Positions 56,750 through 63,672 of a DNA stretch of 64,000 nt are shown here, piece after piece. Source of the DNA: Lachnospiraceae bacterium (GTDB taxonomy: Bacteria > Bacillota > Clostridia > Lachnospirales > Lachnospiraceae). The notes under the pieces were generated by a model that was given only the letters and a program-made list of their open reading frames with translations, was not told the origin of the DNA and did not search any database. The stretch's first letter is position 1; each line of letters begins with the position of its first letter. The translations under genes and the position numbers were made by a program. The DNA lies in NCBI GenBank assembly GCA_016281555.1, contig JAEEIV010000032.1:311-64310 (forward strand). Reading direction: 5' to 3'.

Positions 56750-57883
56750 ATGACGAAGATCGATGTGATTTCGGGATTTTTGGGCGCGGGAAAGACGACG
56801 CTCATCAGGAAACTGTTAGAAGAGGCGCTTCAGGGCGAGCAGATCGTGCTCATCGAAAACGAATTCGGTGAGATCGGCATCGACGGCGGGTTCTTAAAGG
56901 ACGTCGGCGTGAACATCACCGAAATGAGCCAGGGCTGCATCTGCTGTTCCCTGGTCGGCGATTTCGGTAAGGCGCTCCGGCAGGTAGTTTCGGACTTCCA
57001 TCCGGACCGCGTGATCATTGAACCGTCGGGCGTCGGAAAACTGTCGGACGTCATGGCGGCAGTGAACCGCGTGGCGGCGGAGTGCGACATTGAACTGAAC
57101 TCGGCGACGACGGTCGCGGATGCGAACAAGTGCAAGGTCTACATGAAGAACTTCGGCGAATTCTACGACAATCAGATCGAGAACGCCGGCGCCATCGTGC
57201 TTTCGAGAACGCAGTTCGTGTCGGAGGAGAAATTGGCGGAAGTGCTGGAACTGCTGCGCTCGAAGAACGCGAAGGCGCGCATCATCACGACGCCTTGGGA
57301 CGAACTCGACGGAAAGAAGATCCTTTCCGCGATGGAGGACTCCGAGGACCTGACGAAAGAACTCATGGCCCTTGCGGCGTCTCACGACGACGATGACGAC
57401 GATGATGACGACGAGCACGAGCACCATCACCACCACCATCACGATGATGACGATGACGAACACGAGCATGAGCACGAGCACCATCACCACCATCATGACG
57501 ATGATGACGACGATGACGACGAGCACGAGCACCATCATCACCATCATTACGACGAAAACGGAGTCTGCAGCTGCGGACATCACCATCATCACCACGGCCA
57601 CGACGCGGACGAAGTGTTTACAAGTTGGGGACAGGAATCCCCGAAGAAGTTCGACCGCGAAACGCTGGAGAACATCCTCGAGAAACTGTCGGAGAGCTCG
57701 GAGTACGGCATGATCCTCAGGGCGAAGGGCATGGTGCCGCTGACCGACGGTTCCTGGGCGTATTTCGATCTCGTTCCGGGCGAGTGCGAGGTCAGAAGCG
57801 GCGCACCGGAGTATACCGGGCGGTTCTGCGTGATCGGATCGGATCTCAAGGAAGACGGTCTGAAGGAACTCTTCGGACTGTGA
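56750..57883 (+). CDS. COG0523 (CobW/ZigA/YeiR-type) G3E metallochaperone GTPase with a ~77-aa His/Asp-rich insert
   Basis: P-loop GFLGAGKTT, metal-binding GCICCS, switch/NKxD-like SRTQ and a C-terminal CobW_C-like domain. The insert starts HDDDDDDDDDEHEHHHHHHH and ends HHHHHHGHD. Confidence 0.88.
   Translation: MTKIDVISGFLGAGKTTLIRKLLEEALQGEQIVLIENEFGEIGIDGGFLKDVGVNITEMSQGCICCSLVGDFGKALRQVVSDFHPDRVIIEPSGVGKLSDVMAAVNRVAAECDIELNSATTVADANKCKVYMKNFGEFYDNQIENAGAIVLSRTQFVSEEKLAEVLELLRSKNAKARIITTPWDELDGKKILSAMEDSEDLTKELMALAASHDDDDDDDDDEHEHHHHHHHDDDDDEHEHEHEHHHHHHDDDDDDDDEHEHHHHHHYDENGVCSCGHHHHHHGHDADEVFTSWGQESPKKFDRETLENILEKLSESSEYGMILRAKGMVPLTDGSWAYFDLVPGECEVRSGAPEYTGRFCVIGSDLKEDGLKELFGL
57383..57612 (+). 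repeat. Low-complexity GAY/CAY/GAR codon tract encoding the His/Asp-rich linker
   Basis: Three imperfect tandem units D(5-9)-EHEH(EHEH)-H(6-7) are followed by YDENGVCSCG-HHHHHH-GH. Counting codons by eye gives about 32 His. Confidence 0.9.
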
Positions 57884-57899
57884 CGGAAAGAGGCAAGGC

Positions 57900-58853
57900 A
57901 TGGCGAAAAAAGACCCGACGATCCCGGTATACCTCATCACGGGATTTCTGGACGGCGGAAAGACGAATTTCCTGAAATACACGCTTCAGGAGCCGTATTT
58001 CAACGACGGCAGTCATTCGCTCGTCATTCTGACGGAGGAGGGCGAAGAGGAGTTCGATGCGAAGATCCTGAAGAAGACTCATTCGAACCTCGTGATCCTC
58101 GACGACGTGGAAAACCTGACGACGGAGTATCTGGAAAGCCTTCAGATGCTTTACGCTCCGGAGCGCGTGCTCATTGAATACAACGGCATGTGGGACCTGC
58201 AGAAGATCCTGACTTTGAAACTGCCGGCGTTCTGGCTCGTCTACCAGATCATCACGATCCTGGACGGAGCCAATTTCGGACTGTATCTGAACAACATCAA
58301 AAGCCAGTCGATGGCGCTCCTCATGAACACCGACATGGTGATTTTCAACCGGTGCCGGAAGGACACCGACCTCGTCCGCTACCAGAGGACGGTCCGCTCG
58401 GTGAACGCCCGCTGCGCGCTGATCTTCGAGGACGAAGAGGGCAATGAACTGGAATGCCCGGAGCCCGACCTTCCGTATTCCCTCGAGACGGATCCGATCG
58501 AGATCACGGACGAAGTCTGGGGCTCGTTCTTCTTGGACCTGCAGGAGCATCCGAAGCGCTACGTGAACAAGAACATCCGCTTTTTGATGCAGATCATGCA
58601 GGATAAGAAATTCCCGAAAAACATGTTCGTCGCAGGCCGCCGGGCCATGACGTGCTGCGAGGCGGACATCCGTTTCCTGCCGTACATTTTCATTTACGAA
58701 AAGGCGTCTTCATTGCCGAACGGCGGCTGGGCCACGGTCACTGCGAACATGAAGTGGCAGTTCCACGACGGCTACCAGGAAGAGGGCCCGGTCTTTTACG
58801 TGAACGAGCTGAAACTGGCGAATCCTCCGGCGACGGAACTCATCACGTTCTGA
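57900..58853 (+). CDS. Degenerate COG0523-like G3E-family paralogue lacking the CxCC metal motif
   Basis: IPVYLITGFLDGGKTNFL retains a P-loop, but no GCxCC motif is seen. The C-terminal part has MTCCEADIRF and Trp-rich segments. It starts 17 nt after the first COG0523 gene. Confidence 0.6.
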   Translation: MAKKDPTIPVYLITGFLDGGKTNFLKYTLQEPYFNDGSHSLVILTEEGEEEFDAKILKKTHSNLVILDDVENLTTEYLESLQMLYAPERVLIEYNGMWDLQKILTLKLPAFWLVYQIITILDGANFGLYLNNIKSQSMALLMNTDMVIFNRCRKDTDLVRYQRTVRSVNARCALIFEDEEGNELECPEPDLPYSLETDPIEITDEVWGSFFLDLQEHPKRYVNKNIRFLMQIMQDKKFPKNMFVAGRRAMTCCEADIRFLPYIFIYEKASSLPNGGWATVTANMKWQFHDGYQEEGPVFYVNELKLANPPATELITF

Positions 58854-58900
58854 GGACGGTCGGCGGACTTTTTTCACGGGCGGAAACAAAATGTGAAAAC

Positions 58901-58918
58901 CTGTTAAAATTTTCACAA
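58901..58918. promoter_or_regulatory. Rex-like operator (redox-sensing repressor box) upstream of the hydrogenase operon
   Basis: CTGTTAA-AATT-TTCACAA matches TTGT[TG]AA-N4-TT[AC]ACAA at 17 of 18 positions. It sits inside a larger 8-bp inverted repeat TGTGAAAA-N10-TTTTCACA (58892-58917). Confidence 0.55.
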
Positions 58919-58945
58919 AAAAAGAATCGAACGCCTAAAATATTG

Positions 58946-58973
58946 TTGCAAAACATAGGAATTATGTTAGAAT
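58946..58973 (+). promoter_or_regulatory. Candidate sigma-A promoter of the hydrogenase operon
   Basis: TTGCAA (58946-58951), 16-nt spacer, TGtTAGAAT (-10 at 58968-58973). An alternative extended -10, TGtTAAAAT at 58902-58910, lies inside the Rex-like box. Confidence 0.5.
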
Positions 58974-59066
58974 ATACTTATGCCATTATGACCGTATTGC
59001 TGTCAATGTGATTCGGTTTGGAGCCGGAGCGTTAGACCGGCGTAAAAAAACAGGAGGAGTCTGTTC

Positions 59067-59564
59067 ATGAAAAAGAAAATCAGCAAAATCCCTTTCAACG
59101 GCACCAAGGAGCAGGAAGCGGAACTGATGGCCTTCATCGATGAGAATAAGGCCGACAAGTCGAACCTCATGGTGGTGATGCAGAAGGCCCAGGACATCTA
59201 CGGCTATCTGCCTTTCGAAGTGCAGAACATGATCGCGGAAGGCATGGAAGTTCCGCTCGAGAAGGTGTACGGCGTCGCGACGTTCTACGCGCAGTTCAAC
59301 CTTTCCCCGAAGGGCAAGTACAACGTTTCCGTCTGCCTCGGCACTGCCTGCTACGTGAAGGGATCCGGCGCGATCTTTGAGAAACTTCAGGAAAAGCTCG
59401 GCATCGGTCCGGACGAGTGCACGATGGACGGCAAGTATTCGCTTACGGCTTCCCGCTGTGTCGGTGCCTGCGGCCTTGCGCCGGTCATGATCGTGAACGA
59501 CGACGTATACGGCCGGATGACCGTGGATCAGATCGACGGCATCCTTGCGAAGTATCAGGATTGA
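59067..59564 (+). CDS. NuoE-like [2Fe-2S] subunit of an NAD(P)-linked/bifurcating [FeFe]-hydrogenase (HydC/HndA type)
   Basis: YGVATFYAQFNLSPKGKYNVSVCLGTACYVKGS..ASRCVGACGLAPVMIVND carries the four NuoE cluster cysteines. RBS AGGAGGAG. Confidence 0.9.
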   Translation: MKKKISKIPFNGTKEQEAELMAFIDENKADKSNLMVVMQKAQDIYGYLPFEVQNMIAEGMEVPLEKVYGVATFYAQFNLSPKGKYNVSVCLGTACYVKGSGAIFEKLQEKLGIGPDECTMDGKYSLTASRCVGACGLAPVMIVNDDVYGRMTVDQIDGILAKYQD

Positions 59565-59590
59565 GTTTCTGCCGTCAGAGAGGATAGTCA

Positions 59591-59947
59591 ATGAAGATCG
59601 CTACCGTTAGAGAACTCCTGAACGCAGAGATCGTCTGCGGAGAGGAACTTCTGGAAGAGCACGTGTATTCCGCCTGCGGTTCCGACATGATGAGCGACGT
59701 TCTGGCCTATGTGAAGGATCAGGCGGTCCTGCTCACCGGGCTTGTGAATTCACAGGTCATCCGGACTGCGGAAATGATGGATATGGTCTGCATCGTGCTC
59801 GTCCGTTCGAAAAAACCCACGGAAGAGATGGTCCGGCTGGCGAAGGCTTCCGGCATCGTCATGATGACGACGGAATACCGGATGTACGACGCCTGCGGCA
59901 TGCTTTATGCGAACGGACTCATCGGAAAAAAGGTCCGTCATGACTGA
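59591..59947 (+). CDS. DRTGG-domain protein
   Basis: Small protein of 118 aa with SACGSDMMSDVLAYVKDQAVLLTGL..VIRTAEMMD..IVLVR, typical of stand-alone DRTGG proteins. Confidence 0.7.
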   Translation: MKIATVRELLNAEIVCGEELLEEHVYSACGSDMMSDVLAYVKDQAVLLTGLVNSQVIRTAEMMDMVCIVLVRSKKPTEEMVRLAKASGIVMMTTEYRMYDACGMLYANGLIGKKVRHD

Positions 59948-60365
59948 ACCGCTGGTTTTTCGGTTTAACGTGGACGGTTCCGATTTCACCTCCGCGGGCC
60001 AGGCGTCCGTGCATGTGAAGAAGAATCTCCGCGAACTCGGACTTCCGCCGGAAATCATCCGCCGGGTCTCCATCGCCATGTATGAAGGCGAGATCAATAT
60101 GGTCATTCATGCAAACGGGGGAGTGGCAGAAGTCATCGTTTCGGAAGACGCGGTCGAGATCGTCTTAAAGGATCAGGGCCCCGGCATTCCGAACGTGGAG
60201 CAGGCCATGCAGGAAGGGTTCTCCACCGCGCCGAGTTCCGTCCAGTCTCTGGGCTTCGGTGCCGGCATGGGACTTCCGAACATGAAACGGTATACGGATA
60301 CGATGGAGATCGAGACCGAAGTCGGTGTCGGCACCACGATCCGTATGAAGATCTTTTTAAAGTAA
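59940..60365 (+). CDS. GHKL-type ATPase / anti-sigma-factor-like Ser/Thr kinase (RsbW/SpoIIAB fold)
   Basis: The ATG at 59940 overlaps the upstream stop by 8 nt. EGEINMVIHA (N-box-like), DQGPGIPNVEQAM (G1) and GFGAGMGLPNMKRY (G2) are present. Confidence 0.75.
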   Translation: MTEPLVFRFNVDGSDFTSAGQASVHVKKNLRELGLPPEIIRRVSIAMYEGEINMVIHANGGVAEVIVSEDAVEIVLKDQGPGIPNVEQAMQEGFSTAPSSVQSLGFGAGMGLPNMKRYTDTMEIETEVGVGTTIRMKIFLK

Positions 60366-60381
60366 CGCGAACGGAGCGCGC

Positions 60382-61629
60382 ATGGATCAGTACGTACATT
60401 CGGTTCTTTTAGACAGGGAGAAATGCAGCGGTTGTACGACCTGCCTGCATCATTGCCCGACGGAGGCCATCCGGATCATTGGCGGAAAGGCTTCCATTAA
60501 TTCGAACCGTTGCATCGACTGCGGCGAATGCATCCGCCAATGCCCTCACCAGGCGAAGAAGGCGGAGGCGGGACTCCTCGAAAACATGAACCGCTTCAAG
60601 TGGAAGATCGCATTGCCGGCCCCCACCTTGTATGCTCAGTTCGAAAATATGGACGACGTGGACTACGTGCTGAACGGTCTCAAAAAGATCGGATTCGACG
60701 ACGTCTTTGAAGTCTCGAAAGCCGCGGAGTTCGTTTCGGCCTATACGCGGCTTTACATTAAGACGGAGGGCGTCCGCATGCCGGTCATTTCGTCGGCCTG
60801 CCCCGTCGTCGTCCGCCTCATCAATCTGGTCTTCCCGTCCTTGAAGGATAACATCATGAAGCTTCTGCCGCCCGTCGAGGTCGCGGCGCTCATGGCGAAG
60901 GAACGGGCGAAGAAGATGCATCCCGAGTTTTCCGAAGAGGAGATCGGCGTCTGCTTCATTTCTCCCTGTCCCGGAAAGGTCAGTTACGTAAACAATTACA
61001 GAGACAAACTGAATCTCCACGTGGACGAGGTCGTCTCCATCAAGGACGTGTACTTCCTGCTCATCAATGCGATGAAGCGGGACGGTCAGCTGGAGACCCT
61101 TTCGGATTCCGGCATGATGGGTGTCGGCTGGGCGTCGTCGGGCGGCGAATCCACCGCCATCTTAAACGAGGGCTACCTCGCGGCGGACGGCATTGAAAAC
61201 GTGATTCACGTGCTGAATCAGATCGAAAACGGAAACATTCCGCCGGTGAGGTTCATCGAGCTGAATGCCTGTCCGGGCGGCTGCGTCGGCGGCGTGCTGA
61301 CCGTGCAGAATCCTTTCATTGCGAAGGCGAGACTGCAGTCGTTGCGCAGGTATCTCCCGATCTCGATGAATCATCTGGAGGGAGACGAAAAATACATTCC
61401 GACCGAGTTCTTCTTTGAAAAACTCGCGGAATACGAACCGATCAGCCGTCTGAGCGAGAATATGGCGGAGTCGATGCGGATGATGTCCGACATTCAAAGG
61501 ATCAAGGGCGAACTTCCCGGAATCGACTGCGGCGCCTGCGGGGCGCCGACCTGCAGAGCCCATGCGGAAGATCTGGTCCGGGCGGGAAAAACGGATTTTG
61601 ACTGCCCGATCCTGAAGGCGAGGGCGTAA
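60382..61629 (+). CDS. [FeFe]-hydrogenase large-subunit-like protein (2x 4Fe-4S ferredoxin + Fe_hyd_lg_C-like + C-terminal RnfB-type Fe-S motif), probable sensor rather than catalytic enzyme
   Basis: CSGCTTCLHHCP and CIDCGECIRQCP; H-cluster-like motifs SSACPVVV (in place of TSCCP), ISPCPGK and ELNACPGGCVGG; C-terminal CGACGAPTCRAHAEDL..DC. Confidence 0.8.
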   Translation: MDQYVHSVLLDREKCSGCTTCLHHCPTEAIRIIGGKASINSNRCIDCGECIRQCPHQAKKAEAGLLENMNRFKWKIALPAPTLYAQFENMDDVDYVLNGLKKIGFDDVFEVSKAAEFVSAYTRLYIKTEGVRMPVISSACPVVVRLINLVFPSLKDNIMKLLPPVEVAALMAKERAKKMHPEFSEEEIGVCFISPCPGKVSYVNNYRDKLNLHVDEVVSIKDVYFLLINAMKRDGQLETLSDSGMMGVGWASSGGESTAILNEGYLAADGIENVIHVLNQIENGNIPPVRFIELNACPGGCVGGVLTVQNPFIAKARLQSLRRYLPISMNHLEGDEKYIPTEFFFEKLAEYEPISRLSENMAESMRMMSDIQRIKGELPGIDCGACGAPTCRAHAEDLVRAGKTDFDCPILKARA

Positions 61630-61632
61630 GAC

Positions 61633-61959
61633 ATGACTGTCAGGGAACTTTTGGAACAGGGATTCACCGAAGTGACGATCCCGGAACCGGACCGCGAGAT
61701 CCGGGGCGCCTATATGGGCGACCTCCTGTCCTGGGTCATGGGACGCTGCAGGGAAGACGCGGCGTGGCTTACGATCATGTCGAACGTGAACGTCATTGCC
61801 GTCGCGTCGCTCGCGAATCCGGCGGTCGTCGTCCTGACGGAAGGCGTGACGCTGCCGGACGAGATCCGCATCCTTGCCGAATCGAAGGGCGTGAACGTGG
61901 TCTCTACGGAACTTCCGTCTTACGAAGCGGCCGTCGAACTTTCGAAACTGATTTCATGA
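61633..61959 (+). CDS. DRTGG-domain protein (second copy)
   Basis: 108 aa with GAYMGDLLSWVMGR..AWLTIMSNVNVIAVA..VVVLTEGV, the same architecture as the gene at 59591. Confidence 0.7.
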   Translation: MTVRELLEQGFTEVTIPEPDREIRGAYMGDLLSWVMGRCREDAAWLTIMSNVNVIAVASLANPAVVVLTEGVTLPDEIRILAESKGVNVVSTELPSYEAAVELSKLIS

Positions 61960-62693
61960 ACCGGTACACCTACGATCTGCACGTTCATTCCTGTCTGTCG
62001 CCCTGCGCGGACAATGACAACACGCCGAACAACCTGGCGGGGATGGCGGCGTTGAACGGCATTCAGATCATGGCGCTCACGGATCACAATTCCTGCCGGA
62101 ACTGTCCCGCGTTTTTTACGGCCGCGAAGCGCTACGGCGTGATCCCGGTCCCCGGCATGGAACTGACGACCGCGGAAGACATTCATGTGGTTTGTCTCTT
62201 TGAAAATTTGGAAGACGCGCTTTCGTTTAATGACGAAGTCGACTCGAGAAGGATCCTGATCCCGAACCGGAAGGACATCTTCGGAGACCAGTTCATCATG
62301 GACGAAAACGATGAGATTTCCGGCGAGGAACCGAATCTGCTTTCGAACGCGACGACGATCTCGCTCGACGAGGCGCCGGAGATCGTCGGAAAATACGGCG
62401 GCGTGTGCTATCCGGCACACATCGACCGCGAGGCGAACGGAGTCATTGCCGTTCTCGGAACGTTTCCGGAAAGCCCGTATTTTTCCGCGGCGGAGCTCCA
62501 TTTTGCGGAGAACCTCGGGAAGTATCCGGAAGAATTTCCGGTCCTGAAGGAAAAAACGCTCGTCGTTTCTTCCGACGCGCACTACCTCGGCGATCTGAGA
62601 GAAGAGAACGAGAGTTTTATGATCCCGGATGAGCCGTATTCCGGCGCGTTCGTCAGGAAAAACCTGATCCGGATCCTGAAAGGCGAAGCATGA
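61956..62693 (+). CDS. PHP-domain (polymerase/histidinol-phosphatase-like) metal-dependent phosphoesterase
   Basis: The ATG at 61956 makes an ATGA overlap with the upstream stop. YDLHVHSCLSPCAD, ALTDHNS and YPAHIDR are PHP His/Asp motifs. Confidence 0.8.
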   Translation: MNRYTYDLHVHSCLSPCADNDNTPNNLAGMAALNGIQIMALTDHNSCRNCPAFFTAAKRYGVIPVPGMELTTAEDIHVVCLFENLEDALSFNDEVDSRRILIPNRKDIFGDQFIMDENDEISGEEPNLLSNATTISLDEAPEIVGKYGGVCYPAHIDREANGVIAVLGTFPESPYFSAAELHFAENLGKYPEEFPVLKEKTLVVSSDAHYLGDLREENESFMIPDEPYSGAFVRKNLIRILKGEA

Positions 62694-63247
62694 AGGAATT
62701 GTCGTTAAACATTCTGGACATTGCGGAGAACTCCGTGAAAGCGAAGGCCGGCCTGACCGAGATCCTGATCACGGAAGATGAAAAGACGCTGAAGCTTCTC
62801 ATCAGGGACGACGGCACCGGAATGGAAGAGGACTTTCTGAAACGGGTGACCGATCCGTTCTGCACGACGCGGACGACGAGAAAAGTCGGCATGGGCATTC
62901 CGCTCTTAAAGATGGAAGCCGAAATGACGGGCGGCTCTTTCCGGATCGATTCGGTTTCGGAAAAAAAGGATCCGGAGCATCACGGCACCGAGACGGAAGC
63001 CCTGTTTTACAAGGATCACATTGATTTCATCCCGCTCGGCGACGTTCAGTCTTCGATCGTGACGCTGATCCAGGGGCATCCGGACACGGACTTTCTGTTC
63101 CGGCACGTCATGCCGGAAGGCACGGTGGAACTGGACACGAGAGAACTGCGCGCGGTTCTGGGAGACGAGGTCCCGCTCAATGAATACGAAGTGATAAAGT
63201 GGATTGAGGACAGCTTGAAAGAGCAATACGAAGATCTGCATTCATGA
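62690..63247 (+). CDS. GHKL-type ATP-binding protein (histidine-kinase-like ATPase domain only)
   Basis: LNILDIAENSVKA (N-box), IRDDGTGM (G1) and KVGMGIPLLKMEAEM (G2). No sensor or DHp domain is seen. ATGA overlap with the PHP gene. Confidence 0.75.
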   Translation: MKELSLNILDIAENSVKAKAGLTEILITEDEKTLKLLIRDDGTGMEEDFLKRVTDPFCTTRTTRKVGMGIPLLKMEAEMTGGSFRIDSVSEKKDPEHHGTETEALFYKDHIDFIPLGDVQSSIVTLIQGHPDTDFLFRHVMPEGTVELDTRELRAVLGDEVPLNEYEVIKWIEDSLKEQYEDLHS

Positions 63248-63280
63248 ATAATTAAACCATCTATCAAGGAGGAGCAGCAA

Positions 63281-63652
63281 ATGAAATCTCTGGAGGAACT
63301 TCAGGCCATCAAGGCGAAGATGAAGGACAAAGTCGTTCTTCGTGAAGGTTCCGGCGACGTTCGTGTCGTGGTCGGCATGGCGACCTGCGGTATCGCAGCC
63401 GGCGCCCGCCCGGTGCTGAACGAGTTCGTGAAGGACGTCAGCGAAGAAGGTCTTTCCGACAAGGTGACCGTCTCCCAGACCGGTTGCATCGGCATCTGCC
63501 AGTATGAGCCCGTCGTGGAAGTGTTCGAGGCGGGAAAAGAAAAAGTCACCTACGTGAAGATGACCGCGGAAAAAGCGAAGGAAGTCGTGGAAAAGCATCT
63601 GAAGGGCGGAAAGGTCGTGTCCCAGTATACGATCGGCGCTTATCAAGCATAA
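63281..63652 (+). CDS. Thioredoxin-like [2Fe-2S] ferredoxin
   Basis: VVVGMATCGIAAGA..VSQTGCIGICQYEPVV carries the Cx4-type and Cx3C cysteines of thioredoxin-like 2Fe-2S ferredoxins. RBS AGGAGGAG. Confidence 0.85.
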   Translation: MKSLEELQAIKAKMKDKVVLREGSGDVRVVVGMATCGIAAGARPVLNEFVKDVSEEGLSDKVTVSQTGCIGICQYEPVVEVFEAGKEKVTYVKMTAEKAKEVVEKHLKGGKVVSQYTIGAYQA

Positions 63653-63672
63653 ATTTTTGGAGGAGATAAACA

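Noticed and set aside
57383-57612. Repetitive DNA considered as a CRISPR array or microsatellite
   Set aside because: There is no repeat-spacer organisation. The repetition is at codon level inside a motif-supported ORF and uses mixed synonymous codons.
56894-57982. 362-aa minus-strand ORF and the 57372-57713 plus-strand alternate-frame ORF through the His/Asp tract
   Set aside because: Their V/M-rich and T/M-rich low-complexity products are frame artefacts of the GAY/CAY codon repeats. The COG0523 frame carries the P-loop, CxCC and CobW_C motifs.
58892-58917. TGTGA..TCACA inverted repeat as a CRP/FNR-type site
   Set aside because: The half-site spacing is 16 nt rather than the 6 nt of CRP/FNR boxes. 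The nested 18-bp palindrome fits the Rex motif class much better.
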